A stretch of 64,000 bases of DNA from Escherichia coli. Its GTDB lineage: Bacteria > Pseudomonadota > Gammaproteobacteria > Enterobacterales > Enterobacteriaceae. A program made the translations under genes and the position numbers. Positions 19,824 to 31,099 of the stretch are shown in pieces. The notes below the pieces were generated by a model. The model did no database searches and was not told the origin of the DNA. It saw only the letters and a program-made list of their open reading frames with translations. The stretch is from assembly GCF_016903815.1 (NCBI RefSeq), contig NZ_CP069973.1; one strand, written 5' to 3'. Positions within the stretch are counted from its first letter, which is position 1. Each line of letters starts with the position of its first letter.

Positions 19824-22800
19824 TTACTTTACCTCTTGAAATTTAAATGGGAATCCAGTGAAAGGACCTTTAGGCATAATATATCTTTGATATCCATAAA
19901 ACTCACCGAGCACTTGTAGGCTTATAGGCGCATTTGTATTCATAGAGGGGTTGTTAAACCCGCACGCCTCAAAAATCATGTTCGTTCGGCTAAAACAATT
20001 ATTTGCAACAGGAAGAGGCCCGAGGTTAATAGTTTTTAGTTTTTTATTAAGGTCTATTGCCTTATTCATCATACATTGTTCTTCTTCATCTGTTGTATCT
20101 ATTATCCAAATCCAGGTATCTCTGCGGGGTTGCATCTTTTTAAAATAATCAGAGACAGAGGCGCCCATCTCATCCCCAGTTCCCGAACTCATTAATCCAT
20201 ATCGATTTGCCGCCGCAGCATGCCCAAAAGGATTATCAGGAACGGGGCCATTACCTATTATCATAGTACTAAGGCCTAATGGATCAACGTGTTGCACTGG
20301 ATTCAGCGGATATTGGTACAGATTCCATCCCCCATCCCCCCCTATCGGGTCCTGGATGATATACCGCCCCTGCAACGGATCGTAGTACCGGTGACGGTTA
20401 TAATACAGCCCCGACTCCTCATCGTGTTGCTGCCCTGGCAGACGGTACGGCTGGTGCAGGTGATGCGGGTTTTCCTCATTCAGCAGGTTTCCCCACTCAT
20501 CATACTCCCCGCTCCACGCCGTATTGCCGTCTTCGCTGATGAGCGCCAGCGGCAGGCCCCGGTGGTCGCAGTGGTAAAGATGAACTTTTCGCGCCGGTGT
20601 GTATTCCGGCTCCACCTGTCTGGCCAGTTGCTCTACCGTCAGCCCGCACTGCGCAAGCCACGCCCGGCTTTCACTGCTCACGCGGTCTGCCCGGATTTCT
20701 TCCTCCAGTCTGTCCAGCAGCCGTACCAGTTCAGCCGGGAACACCACGCCGTGCCCGTCCTCGCTCCCTTCCTGCTGCAGCTTCTCCGCCAGGCTGTGGC
20801 GCTGCGTTTTCTCCCGCTCGCCGTTGTCTGTTTCGATGCGGATGAGTGGTGTGAAGCTTCCCGGCTCGTATACCGTCTGGATCCGGCTCTGTTGTGTCTG
20901 TATCGTCGTCAGCCTGTCACCGTCCCAGCCGTACCACGTTACCTCCGGTTTACGCGACAGCGACATCCACCCCGTCAGGTCACGTACCCGCCGCCACACC
21001 CGTTTACCCGTCCGGCGGCCCAGCGGGTCGTAGAGGTAGCGGCTCTCCACCTGCGGCTCGCCATGCTGTATCCGCGTGTAGAACTCTAGGCGGTGCTGGC
21101 TGTCGTAGTGGTAGTGGTGGGTCCGCTCGTCGTCCGTCCGTATCACACCCGCCGGGATGCGGTCCGTCTTCTCCGTCAGCCTGCCGTATTCATCGTGGCG
21201 GTAGACATAGTGCGCATCCTCCGCGATGCGGTTATCCAGCCACACTGTGAGTGTACTGTCCGGGTGCAGCTCCGGGTCCGGCAGCCGGTTGCCCGCCGGG
21301 TCCGTGGCATACGGGATGCGGATGTCCAGGTCCGGTGCGAGGGTGCGCACACTCGCCAGCCTGCCCGTGGCGCTGTAGCCGTATTCCCGCGTCTGTCGCG
21401 GGCCGCTGATGCGCACCAGGTCGCCGTTGTCATTCCACCCGTAGTCACGGTCATACACCAGGCTGTTCAGGTGCTGGCTCTGTAACTGGCCTGCGGGGGT
21501 GTATGTGCTGGTCAGTTCGTATGCGGCATTACTGCCTGCCATGCTGCCGAAGCTGCGCACCGTCTCCCGGTGCAGCCTGTCCCGCGTATACTCGACCCGC
21601 GGCGTCCCGCCCAGCTTCATGCCCGCCAGATAGCCGCTACCATAGGTCAGCCACTCCACCGGCGGCAGGCTGTCCGGCGTGACGCGGTTTGCCAGCCCCT
21701 GCTCGTTGTATGCGTGTTTCGTCTCATGCTGCCACAGCAGTTCCCCCGTCTCCGGGTTCTCCACCGTCTGGCGTTCGCCGGTCAGGCGGCCTTTATCGTC
21801 ATAGCCATAGTGGACGGCAACACGGTGGCCTTCACTGGTATGGCTGAGGGTGGTTAACCACCCGTGCTCATCATACTGCCACTGCTCTGCCGGGTCGCCG
21901 TTCACCGTCCGGTGCGTGATGCGGTCTGCTTCATCGTAGTACCACTGCGTGACCTGCCCCTCATCCTCGCTGCGGATGAGCTGCCCTGTGGCGCTGTACC
22001 GGTAACGCTGTGTCCTGCCATCAAAGCCGCGCTGCTCCGTCAGGCGGTCCAGCACATCGTAGGTAAATTCACTCCGGCTGCCGTTCTCGTTGGTCAGCGT
22101 GGTGACACGTCCTGCCGCGTCATACTCCATACTGCGCGTCAGCCCGCCCTGCGTGGTGCTGACCGCTTTTCCCCACGCATCGTACTGTGTCTCGCTCCGG
22201 TTGCCGTCCGGGGTGATAACGGCAGTCAGGTCGCCTGCGGCGTTGTACTCATACTGCGTTTCACGGCCCTGTGCGTCTTTCACCGAGGTTAACCGGCCAC
22301 GGTTGTCATAGCGGCGGTAACGGCTGATACCTTCCTCGCGGTGGACCGCCGTCATCTGACCAAAGCGGTCGTATTCATAGCGGGTCTGGTAGCCCGAGCA
22401 GTCGGTGAACGCCAGCAACTGCCCGTAGCGGCTCCAGGTCATCTGCCGGGTGCTGCCCGTCGCATCCGTTGTCGTCGCCGGTAACTCACTGTACGCGTCA
22501 TCGTAGCGGTAGCGTACTGTCTCCCCGCTGCGCGATGTCTCCGTTACCAGCCTGCCCGGTTCATCATATGCCCGGCGGCTCTCCAGCCCGTCCGGGGACA
22601 CCACTGCCGTCACCTGGTTCCCGTCGTTATAGTAAAATTTCGTCTCCCGCCCGTCCGGTGTGGTGATGTCCGTGATATCGCCTGACACCACATTCAGACC
22701 GTACTCTGTCCGCCGTCCCGCCGCGTCCGTCTGCGCCGTAAGCCTTCCTGCCGCGTCATACCCACTGTGCGTGGCGCTGCCGTCCGCCAGTTCTTTTTTC

Positions 22801-24029
22801 ACCACCCGCCTCAGCCCGGCCCCGCCTTCTGTATGCAGCACCTCACGCCGGTTCAGGCTGTCCGTGACGGTGATGCGGTCCTGCTCATACTGGTAGCGGT
22901 AACTCAGGCCTGCCGGGTTCAGCTGCTCCACCACCCGCCCCGCATCGTCGTAGCGGTAGCGCATCTCCGGCCTTCCCGCGTAACGGTGCGCCACCATCCG
23001 GCCCGGGTGCTGCGCGTCATACGTGAAAGCGCGCACCTGCGTATTGCTGCGGTCATATACCGCCAGCAGTTCACCGGCTTCCGTATACGTGTACCGCACC
23101 AGTGGCGCACCGGGCAGGCTCTCCGGGTATGCCGGGTCGTGCATCAGCCACACCGCCGAAAGACGGATGCCCCTGTCGGGGCCGTATTCGGTACCGGGCA
23201 GTGTGTCGGGGAACGCTGAGGCTGAAAGAGGGCGGGGGGTGTCAGGGGAAAATAAGGAAGCGGTGTGCTGTTTACGGGCCTCTTCCGCCCGCTGCGCCTG
23301 CGTGGTCAGCACCAGACGGAACTCCCGCCCGGCACCGTCCGTCACGCCGGTGATTTCCCCGGCCAGGTCACCGGCGGCCTCACGCCGGTACGTCAGCCCG
23401 GTAAGCACCCGGTACGGCGGCAGCGGCGCTGGCAGTACGTCCTCAGTGCCCGGCACCCGCTCTGACCACCCCAGTATCCACCACGGTCCCTGTGCGCTGT
23501 TGGTCGCCAGGTAAAGATGCGGGCTTAACCGGATATCCGGCGGCAGCGACGCCCACAGCCGTGCCAGCGTGTGGCCGTCCGGCTGCGCTGCCTTACCACC
23601 GCGAACCAGCCACATTGACTCGCTGCGGCTGTACACCGCCCCCCCCGGCAGCAGCGGCTCAAAGTGAATGCTCCGTCCGCCGTTGTCGTTGAGTACCAGT
23701 GCATCATCGCGTATCTGTAAGCGGATATCAGAAGGCGCTTTCCAGCCGGGGCCAAAAATTCCCACCGGCGCAGGCGTCTTCGTCCGGTAGCTGCTGTAGG
23801 TGCGGGAGAGAATGAACGGCAGCGGGCCGGGCAGCGCAAGGTCCGTCTCGCCGGGCAGCACCTTCGCCCCCAGCAGCGGATTTACCGGGTTGCCCGAAGT
23901 CATCCTGCCCGGACACACCGAGCACGCCACGCCGGTGGGCGCGCCAATTCTTACACCTGCCGAACCCTGGACAATGGGACCGCCATACTGAGTCATATCT
24001 CCCTGACGCGCCGCTGGTTTTCCGCTCAT
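19824..24029 (-). CDS. rhsE: Rhs-family polymorphic toxin with N-terminal PAAR-like domain, YD-repeat core and variable C-terminal toxin domain
   Basis: 1401 aa; N-terminus [11 protein letters not shown]; many YD repeats; core ends at ...[27 protein letters not shown], followed by a 148-aa AT-rich tail (19827..20270); gene symbol by synteny only. Confidence 0.9.
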   Translation of the reverse strand: MSGKPAARQGDMTQYGGPIVQGSAGVRIGAPTGVACSVCPGRMTSGNPVNPLLGAKVLPGETDLALPGPLPFILSRTYSSYRTKTPAPVGIFGPGWKAPSDIRLQIRDDALVLNDNGGRSIHFEPLLPGGAVYSRSESMWLVRGGKAAQPDGHTLARLWASLPPDIRLSPHLYLATNSAQGPWWILGWSERVPGTEDVLPAPLPPYRVLTGLTYRREAAGDLAGEITGVTDGAGREFRLVLTTQAQRAEEARKQHTASLFSPDTPRPLSASAFPDTLPGTEYGPDRGIRLSAVWLMHDPAYPESLPGAPLVRYTYTEAGELLAVYDRSNTQVRAFTYDAQHPGRMVAHRYAGRPEMRYRYDDAGRVVEQLNPAGLSYRYQYEQDRITVTDSLNRREVLHTEGGAGLRRVVKKELADGSATHSGYDAAGRLTAQTDAAGRRTEYGLNVVSGDITDITTPDGRETKFYYNDGNQVTAVVSPDGLESRRAYDEPGRLVTETSRSGETVRYRYDDAYSELPATTTDATGSTRQMTWSRYGQLLAFTDCSGYQTRYEYDRFGQMTAVHREEGISRYRRYDNRGRLTSVKDAQGRETQYEYNAAGDLTAVITPDGNRSETQYDAWGKAVSTTQGGLTRSMEYDAAGRVTTLTNENGSRSEFTYDVLDRLTEQRGFDGRTQRYRYSATGQLIRSEDEGQVTQWYYDEADRITHRTVNGDPAEQWQYDEHGWLTTLSHTSEGHRVAVHYGYDDKGRLTGERQTVENPETGELLWQHETKHAYNEQGLANRVTPDSLPPVEWLTYGSGYLAGMKLGGTPRVEYTRDRLHRETVRSFGSMAGSNAAYELTSTYTPAGQLQSQHLNSLVYDRDYGWNDNGDLVRISGPRQTREYGYSATGRLASVRTLAPDLDIRIPYATDPAGNRLPDPELHPDSTLTVWLDNRIAEDAHYVYRHDEYGRLTEKTDRIPAGVIRTDDERTHHYHYDSQHRLEFYTRIQHGEPQVESRYLYDPLGRRTGKRVWRRVRDLTGWMSLSRKPEVTWYGWDGDRLTTIQTQQSRIQTVYEPGSFTPLIRIETDNGEREKTQRHSLAEKLQQEGSEDGHGVVFPAELVRLLDRLEEEIRADRVSSESRAWLAQCGLTVEQLARQVEPEYTPARKVHLYHCDHRGLPLALISEDGNTAWSGEYDEWGNLLNEENPHHLHQPYRLPGQQHDEESGLYYNRHRYYDPLQGRYIIQDPIGGDGGWNLYQYPLNPVQHVDPLGLSTMIIGNGPVPDNPFGHAAAANRYGLMSSGTGDEMGASVSDYFKKMQPRRDTWIWIIDTTDEEEQCMMNKAIDLNKKLKTINLGPLPVANNCFSRTNMIFEACGFNNPSMNTNAPISLQVLGEFYGYQRYIMPKGPFTGFPFKFQEVK

Positions 24030-24095
24030 GATTCAATTCCTTCTTCTGTTTATTTTTAATGCTTGTTTGTTACTGAATACCGAACAGGTACGGGA

Positions 24096-26204
24096 TCAGT
24101 ACTCTCTCATATCCGGCGTATCCTGCTTTTCATCAGGGGTCTTCGGTGGGGATTTCGAGGCTGCACAGTTCCAGTTAATCAACAGTGAGTCACCATTAAC
24201 CTGCTCCTTACCCTGCAAATGAATTTTTGTGCCGTTGAGAAAAATTTGTCCGTCCTTAGTCAGCACCAGCCTTGCCTTACCACAGCAGAGTTCCAGATGC
24301 TCACCGGCGGAGTAAATCGCGGTCTGCCCGGTATCATCCTTTTTCGTTTTACCAACGGTGAAGGTAACGTTATTTCCGACTTTGACGTCATAACCCAGCC
24401 CGACCATCAACGATTTATGCAAACCGATCTGCGAGGACTGCATCAGGGCCACCGAAGTGTTCATAATGCCACCTACCGTCGTCTGATACGCCACGCCCAC
24501 AGTCAGCGCACGAACAAGTCCAATCGTTTCCACCTGAACAGAGCCCACTTTAATGATCTGGTTACTGCCCACCGTCTCTATCTGGTTAACGCCCACCGTC
24601 TGTATCTGATTGTTGGTAACCGCAATCATCTGATTGTTGCCAATGGTCTCAGCATGGTTGTTTATCACATCCGTGGTGCGGTTATTCAGCACCTCGGTGT
24701 TCATGTTCTTCTGCGCGTGGATGTAGACCTGTTCTTTCCCTGTCGCATCGTCAAACTTCAGTTCATTAAACCCGCTGCCCTTATAGGTTTTCGAACGAAT
24801 GGTCATCTGCGTCTTTGTTCCCGGCAGGCTGCCGGGGGTGCGGTTTTCCTGGTGGTAGGTACGCCCCATAATAATCGGCTGGTCCGGATCGCCGTTGAGG
24901 AAGTCCACAATGACTTCCTGACCCACACGCGGTATCGCCAGGTTGCCAAAGCCGGTGCCTGCCCACGCCTGTGCCACACGGATCCAGCATGAACTGTCCT
25001 GGTTTGACGGGTTATAGCGGTCCCAGTTAAATTTCACCCGCACGCGGCCATGTTCATCACAGAAGATTTCTTCTCCTGCCGGTCCCGTCACGACGGCGCT
25101 CTGCGGGCCGTCCACCAGCGGTTTCAGCAACGGCTGTGGCCGCCATGTTCTGTCTGCCGGTATTACCGCAAAGTGGTTATTCAGCGTGGTACCTGAACCC
25201 CTGCGTCCCGGCACCGCCTGCGGCTGCTCGCCGTGCAGTTCACTTGCCACCACCTGCCATTCCCGGTTCAGGTTCGCCTGCGGATGCCCCGTCAGCGCAA
25301 TTCGCCGTCCCGGCCATATCTCCGGCGAACGGCTTGTTCCGCGCGCCACTTCTGCGTTGTTTCGCCAGCCATCCATCTGCCAGCAGGCAAAGTTCTGCCC
25401 GTGGGCACCCTTGAAACGTCCGGGGTAGTCATACACTTCATACTGTGTGCGCTGGTAATCCTGGTGCTGGCCTTCCTGATCAAAACGCCCTGCCCAGCCG
25501 GGTCGTTTAAAGGTGTAGTCTTTGGTCACCACGGAAGATGGGCGGATTTGTGCGCTGTAGAGGAACTGGCTGATGCATAGGGTGCTCACCTCGGTACGGG
25601 TGTTCGGATTCCAGGGGATCTCAAAGGACTCCGGCAGATAACGCACGGTGTCGCACAGGACCAGGCTCTGGTCGGTACTTTTTTGCGCGTGCTCCTCATA
25701 AAAGAAGATGCCTTCCTCCGCCGCCATCCGGCACAGGAAATCGTAATCGGTTTCGCCGTACTGGACACAAAACTCACGGGAAGGATGCGGCTCGCTGAAC
25801 AGCGGACTCCACTCGGTCACCCCGTTTTCTTTCAGGATCGTCGCGAGTATGCTTTCGATGTCCTCATTCTGGAAGATACGGAAGTTCTGGCGCAGCCCTG
25901 TGCGCCACAGTGGTGGGCACACCTTCATGCTGTACAGCATCTGGTTTTTGTCGTTCTCCCCCAGTTCAAACCAGGTCACCACACCTTTCACCCGGCGCTG
26001 TACGTCATCGCCCTGCCATACCGTCAGGTAGGCCATTTTGTCCAGCACCTGCGCAAATTCAAGGGAGAGAAACTGCTGGCTGACCAGAGAGAGATCGAGG
26101 GAAAAGAGCGAAGAGAATGACTGGTTCAGATGAAAGGAGACCACCGCAAACGCGTCCGGTGGCAGGCCGTCCACTTCCAGCGTGAAACGTAATCCGGCTG
26201 ACAT
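24096..26204 (-). CDS. vgrG: Type VI secretion spike protein VgrG
   Basis: 702 aa from MSAGLRFTLEVDGLPPDAFAVVSF (internal Met of the track ORF, GGAGG RBS 7 nt upstream); 66 nt upstream of rhs. Confidence 0.88.
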   Translation of the reverse strand: MSAGLRFTLEVDGLPPDAFAVVSFHLNQSFSSLFSLDLSLVSQQFLSLEFAQVLDKMAYLTVWQGDDVQRRVKGVVTWFELGENDKNQMLYSMKVCPPLWRTGLRQNFRIFQNEDIESILATILKENGVTEWSPLFSEPHPSREFCVQYGETDYDFLCRMAAEEGIFFYEEHAQKSTDQSLVLCDTVRYLPESFEIPWNPNTRTEVSTLCISQFLYSAQIRPSSVVTKDYTFKRPGWAGRFDQEGQHQDYQRTQYEVYDYPGRFKGAHGQNFACWQMDGWRNNAEVARGTSRSPEIWPGRRIALTGHPQANLNREWQVVASELHGEQPQAVPGRRGSGTTLNNHFAVIPADRTWRPQPLLKPLVDGPQSAVVTGPAGEEIFCDEHGRVRVKFNWDRYNPSNQDSSCWIRVAQAWAGTGFGNLAIPRVGQEVIVDFLNGDPDQPIIMGRTYHQENRTPGSLPGTKTQMTIRSKTYKGSGFNELKFDDATGKEQVYIHAQKNMNTEVLNNRTTDVINNHAETIGNNQMIAVTNNQIQTVGVNQIETVGSNQIIKVGSVQVETIGLVRALTVGVAYQTTVGGIMNTSVALMQSSQIGLHKSLMVGLGYDVKVGNNVTFTVGKTKKDDTGQTAIYSAGEHLELCCGKARLVLTKDGQIFLNGTKIHLQGKEQVNGDSLLINWNCAASKSPPKTPDEKQDTPDMREY

Positions 26205-27300
26205 AGCAACCTCCGTGAAAATGAATAATAATCCGCACATATTGCATGTACAACATGTCGGGCGGATGAGATAAGCGAGTCGACATCTGGCGTTACCGGG
26301 GAATATCAAAAAAATGTCATGGTTATGTGATGATTTAGTCTGGGATTTTACTTCAGAGAAACGGGTGTCTGTTTAGTCAACAAAATAATCACAAACGCAA
26401 CGGATGGGTTCTCGACGTTATTCACGACAGGCTCGCGAGTAATAAAAACCTGATATGCAAAGTCAAACCAATATTCATAATGTCTTTTTATTCACAACAA
26501 TAAATAATTCAATAACAATCATTGAAATGAATGATGGTTTGTATAAGGAATATACGCTACCGCCCCACCCTGAAAACATGAACTGCACATTGCCATCTTA
26601 ACGTCGTTAAACACTGGCTTAATAGTGGGTATTTAAAATTAGGAATTTATTAAATTCACCTGATGAATATCATAAGCAAATAGCATAGAAAATAATGACA
26701 ACTCCCCCGAGGGGACCATTTCCAAAGCACTGCACCACCACCTGGTGCCCGGATGATCTTGCTTCATTGGTAAGAGTACCTGATTCATTGTTTCCAAAAT
26801 GGTGTTTTCCCCGGCCCCTCCAATAATGTGCAGCTCTCACGTGATAATCTATTGATTAGGTTATATTAAGAATCAATATTTGAAATACATCCATTTTCTT
26901 GAATAAATCAACATGTTTATTTATCAATTGCTGTTTTAGCTCTGACTCATCAAGCTCTCCATATTTGTCCTACAGATAATCGCGAATAAATACAGAGAAC
27001 GCCATTTATCCTTTTAGCATACCTGCCGGATATTTTTATTTGTATTAATATTAATTGCATCTCCAACTCCGAGCATATCCATCATTAAAAACATTTTGAG
27101 ATTATAGAATGCCTGTGATAACAACTGAAACATCTGCACAATGTGAATAGTTAGTTTCTTTTCAGAGGAAATGAAATAGACAAGCTGAATGAAAGGGAGA
27201 GTAATATAAATTAAAAAAATAACATGAATCTAATTAATTACGTCCATCATTGTGGATAAAGTTACTGAATAATAAATAACATAATCTTCTGGCATCCCAC

Positions 27301-27918
27301 TCAAATAATTTCATTCCTTTTTAATACTTCTTGTAATTTCGGTAACTGACATACAGCTTCAGCAATCGCACTGATATTCTGCGCATTATCGTGAAACCAT
27401 TCATGCCCCGGCCCCCATGTGCGCATGGTGCAGAGATAACAGTCCACCAGCGTTAGTTGCTCGCCAAAGGCATAAGGTTCAGCGGTCAATTGTGAATTCA
27501 GCCAGATATAAAGCGATTTACGATATTCAATAACATTATTCTTTAACTGTTCGGGTGCGTCAGGAGCCCAACGCTCAGGGTAATCGGCGAAAGTGAATGT
27601 TGGATAGACATTAGCAACCAGCCAGACCAATAGCCGTTGAAACTGCTGACGTTCGGCGCGCCCAACCGGTGGCGCAAGGTCCGGGCGACGATCGAGAACC
27701 ATCAATGCAATCGCCGCTGTCTCCGTCATAATCTCGTCATTTTCCAGCGCCAGTGTCGTAATCTGACACAACGGGTTCAGGGTTTTCAATAACTCGCGTG
27801 AGGTTCCCTCGTGGTCAAAACCACTGACATCAACGAACTGATAAGGAATATCAGCCAGTGTTAGCATCAGCTCACTGATTGTAGAGCCCCATCCGGGTAC
27901 GCCATACACCTTAATCAT
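27301..27918 (-). CDS. yncG: Glutathione S-transferase homologue
   Basis: 205 aa; MIKVYGVPGWGSTISE...; synteny next to ansP. Confidence 0.85.
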   Translation of the reverse strand: MIKVYGVPGWGSTISELMLTLADIPYQFVDVSGFDHEGTSRELLKTLNPLCQITTLALENDEIMTETAAIALMVLDRRPDLAPPVGRAERQQFQRLLVWLVANVYPTFTFADYPERWAPDAPEQLKNNVIEYRKSLYIWLNSQLTAEPYAFGEQLTLVDCYLCTMRTWGPGHEWFHDNAQNISAIAEAVCQLPKLQEVLKRNEII

Positions 27919-28184
27919 ATGCCCCTCACAATCTTTTAAAGATTAAGTGTAGGACAGTACACAGGTTAACCAGCAAAAGGATTTGTCATTTTTTCGTCAG
28001 TTGTATTATTCCCCTTCAGGATTGTAAGGGGATGTTTTGCATCGTTTATCGATAACGGGTAGGATGCTGCGCCGATAGTTTTATACCCATAAAGAATAAT
28101 GGTGATAACTATCATCGCCAGGATGAATAAACATTGTTCATGGCAACTTATATGACTTTTTCATTAAAGCAATCAGGGAGAGCA

Positions 28185-29684
28185 ATGAGTAAACACGACA
28201 CCGACACTTCAGATCAACACGCCGCGAAACGCCGCTGGCTTAATGCCCACGAAGAGGGGTATCACAAAGCGATGGGCAATCGCCAGGTACAGATGATCGC
28301 CATTGGCGGCGCGATTGGTACGGGTTTGTTTTTAGGCGCGGGAGCCCGACTGCAAATGGCGGGTCCAGCACTGGCACTGGTCTATTTAATTTGTGGCTTG
28401 TTTTCGTTTTTTATTCTGCGTGCATTGGGTGAGCTGGTGTTACACCGCCCTTCCAGTGGCAGTTTTGTCTCTTATGCCCGTGAGTTTTTAGGAGAGAAAG
28501 CCGCTTACGTTGCAGGCTGGATGTACTTCATCAACTGGGCGATGACGGGGATTGTCGATATTACCGCCGTTGCACTGTATATGCATTACTGGGGCGCATT
28601 TGGTGGTGTACCGCAGTGGGTCTTTGCGCTCGCTGCACTTACCATCGTTGGCACCATGAATATGATCGGTGTGAAATGGTTTGCGGAGATGGAGTTCTGG
28701 TTTGCGCTTATTAAAGTGCTCGCCATTGTGACCTTTTTGGTCGTGGGTACAGTGTTCCTCGGTAGTGGTCAGCCGCTGGATGGCAACACCACTGGCTTTC
28801 ATTTAATCACCGATAATGGCGGCTTCTTCCCCCACGGTTTGCTGCCTGCGCTGGTGTTGATTCAGGGCGTAGTGTTTGCTTTTGCCTCCATTGAAATGGT
28901 GGGTACAGCTGCCGGAGAATGTAAAGATCCGCAGACCATGGTGCCTAAAGCGATTAACAGTGTGATTTGGCGTATTGGCCTGTTTTACGTCGGCTCCGTG
29001 GTGTTGCTGGTTATGTTATTGCCGTGGAGCGCGTATCAGGCGGGGCAAAGTCCGTTCGTGACGTTTTTCTCTAAACTGGGTGTGCCATATATCGGCAGCA
29101 TTATGAACATTGTGGTGCTGACCGCTGCCCTCTCCAGCCTGAATTCAGGTCTGTACTGCACCGGACGTATTCTGCGCTCAATGGCGATGGGCGGTTCCGC
29201 ACCGAGTTTTATGGCGAAAATGAGTCGTCAGCATGTGCCGTATGCCGGGATTCTGGCGACACTGGTTGTGTATGTCGTCGGCGTATTCCTCAACTATCTG
29301 GTGCCGTCGCGCGTATTTGAGATTGTGTTGAACTTCGCGTCGCTGGGAATCATCGCTTCATGGGCGTTTATCATCGTGTGCCAGATGCGCCTGCGTAAAG
29401 CGATTAAAGAAGGCAAAGCCGCGGATGTCAGTTTTAAACTGCCTGGCGCGCCCTTCACTTCCTGGCTGACATTACTGTTTTTGCTGAGCGTCCTGGTGCT
29501 GATGGCGTTCGATTACCCGAACGGGACTTATACCATCGCGGCGCTGCCGATTATCGGTATTCTGCTGGTTATAGGCTGGTTTGGTGTGCGCAAACGCGTT
29601 GCTGAAATTCACAGCACTGCGCCAGTCGTCGAGGAAGATGAAGAACAACAGGAAATTGTGTTTAAGCCTGAAACGGCGAGTTAA
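28185..29684 (+). CDS. ansP: L-asparagine permease (APC family)
   Basis: Start taken at MSKHDTDTSDQHAAKRRW, internal Met of the track ORF; 499 aa. Confidence 0.9.
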   Translation: MSKHDTDTSDQHAAKRRWLNAHEEGYHKAMGNRQVQMIAIGGAIGTGLFLGAGARLQMAGPALALVYLICGLFSFFILRALGELVLHRPSSGSFVSYAREFLGEKAAYVAGWMYFINWAMTGIVDITAVALYMHYWGAFGGVPQWVFALAALTIVGTMNMIGVKWFAEMEFWFALIKVLAIVTFLVVGTVFLGSGQPLDGNTTGFHLITDNGGFFPHGLLPALVLIQGVVFAFASIEMVGTAAGECKDPQTMVPKAINSVIWRIGLFYVGSVVLLVMLLPWSAYQAGQSPFVTFFSKLGVPYIGSIMNIVVLTAALSSLNSGLYCTGRILRSMAMGGSAPSFMAKMSRQHVPYAGILATLVVYVVGVFLNYLVPSRVFEIVLNFASLGIIASWAFIIVCQMRLRKAIKEGKAADVSFKLPGAPFTSWLTLLFLLSVLVLMAFDYPNGTYTIAALPIIGILLVIGWFGVRKRVAEIHSTAPVVEEDEEQQEIVFKPETAS

Positions 29685-29796
29685 TTGCAAAATTGCCCGG
29701 CTACGTGCCGGGCAAATTCAAATTACTGACGAAGGTGCCGGATACGGCGTGATAAAAGTCAGGCAAGTCTCTCCGTTTTCACCCTCGCCATATCTA

Positions 29797-30858
29797 TTAC
29801 AGCGCAATACGAATCACATCGTCCGGCTGGGTAGCTTCCTGCTGTTTAGTGGATTTTTGTTTCACACTGACATACAGCGTTTTGCCATCGGCAGACAGCG
29901 CCAGGCTGTTCGGATGAGTCGGCGTATCGAACGTTTTCACCACTTTATAGCTTTTCGCGTCAATCACACTGACTTTACCTGCCTGACGATGCGTTACGTA
30001 GGCTTCATTACGCGCCGGGTTAAACAGCACAGCCAGTGATTCCGGTGCCGCAACCTTCGACAGAATATTGCCATTACGGGTATCGACCACTAACACTTCT
30101 GCGGCTTTAGAATCGGTGATAAATGCACGCTGCCTGGCGGTATCAAGGCTAATGTTGATAAAGAAGTGCTCTTTGCCGTCATCCAGCAGCTTTTTACGGC
30201 TGAGGATTTTATTGTCGGCGGTGTCGATGGTAATCAATTCGCCGTCAGCGTTAGTGGTGTAAAGACGTTTGCCTTTGCTATCCAGCGCCAGACCGGTACT
30301 CATTTTACCGGTGTTCTGGATGGCGGTTTTCAGTTTGATATTCTCGCCATCAACGACCCAAATCACGCTCTCTTTACCAATACCACTGATGTAAACGGTG
30401 TTCGTGGCATCATCAGCTACCAGCTCACGCGGTTGCAGCGGGCGCACCTCTTCCGTGCGCTTACGATCATCCAGCACCAGACGGCCTTTCACTTCGCCCG
30501 TTTTGGCATCTATCGCCGTGACCGCGCTGTTTACAGTGTTACCAAACCACAACGTCTGAGTCGTGTTATTGATGGTAGCACCAAACGGCTTGAGATCGTT
30601 ATGGATCGCCTGCGTCACTTCCAGAGTAACCGGATCAAGACGATAAACCACGCCGCCTTTATCCAGTTTGCGGCTTTGCGAAGTGGCGAGCCACAGCGCG
30701 TTTTCTTGCTGGCTATAAGCCATTTCGTAGGCACCTTTACCTACCGCTTTACGCAGCATTTCTTCTGCGGCCTGCGTACTGAATGATGAAGCAACAAGCA
30801 ATGAACCTAACAGTAATGAACCACGCAGGCGCGATGAAAACAGATGACGTAAATGCAT
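29797..30858 (-). CDS. yncE: Periplasmic beta-propeller protein YncE
   Basis: 353 aa; signal peptide; recognised as YncE. Confidence 0.88.
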   Translation of the reverse strand: MHLRHLFSSRLRGSLLLGSLLVASSFSTQAAEEMLRKAVGKGAYEMAYSQQENALWLATSQSRKLDKGGVVYRLDPVTLEVTQAIHNDLKPFGATINNTTQTLWFGNTVNSAVTAIDAKTGEVKGRLVLDDRKRTEEVRPLQPRELVADDATNTVYISGIGKESVIWVVDGENIKLKTAIQNTGKMSTGLALDSKGKRLYTTNADGELITIDTADNKILSRKKLLDDGKEHFFINISLDTARQRAFITDSKAAEVLVVDTRNGNILSKVAAPESLAVLFNPARNEAYVTHRQAGKVSVIDAKSYKVVKTFDTPTHPNSLALSADGKTLYVSVKQKSTKQQEATQPDDVIRIAL

Positions 30859-30942
30859 GACGACTCCCTTTGATGAACCGATATTTTTGCTGCTTCACAA
30901 TGCTTCGCTAAGCGTAATCATCGTTACGCTCTTGTTATAAAT

Positions 30943-30961
30943 GGGAATGGTAATCATTATT
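30943..30961. promoter_or_regulatory. Candidate Fur box in the yncE–yncD divergent region
   Basis: GGGAATGGTAATCATTATT matches the 19-bp Fur consensus GATAATGATAATCATTATC at 15 of 19 positions. Confidence 0.4.
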
Positions 30962-31099
30962 TTCTCAAATGTGGAGCATTTCTTGCCGTTACGACTACAA
31001 TTTTCTCAATTACTTAACGTATCGTGCCGTTTCGTTTTCCATAAATTTACAATTTTATTACCATAGCGGCGTTTTCCCATTCTTAACCTGGCTTTTTTC

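Noticed and set aside
20289-23839. Numerous plus-strand ORFs of 60–266 aa inside the rhs gene
   Set aside because: They are shadow frames of the GC-rich rhs core on the opposite strand, with low-complexity Pro/Arg/Ala-rich translations and no RBS context.
24096-26309. Longer VgrG reading frame starting at 26309
   Set aside because: The 35 extra N-terminal codons lack an RBS, whereas the internal Met at 26204 has GGAGG 7 nt upstream and begins the recognisable VgrG N-terminus.
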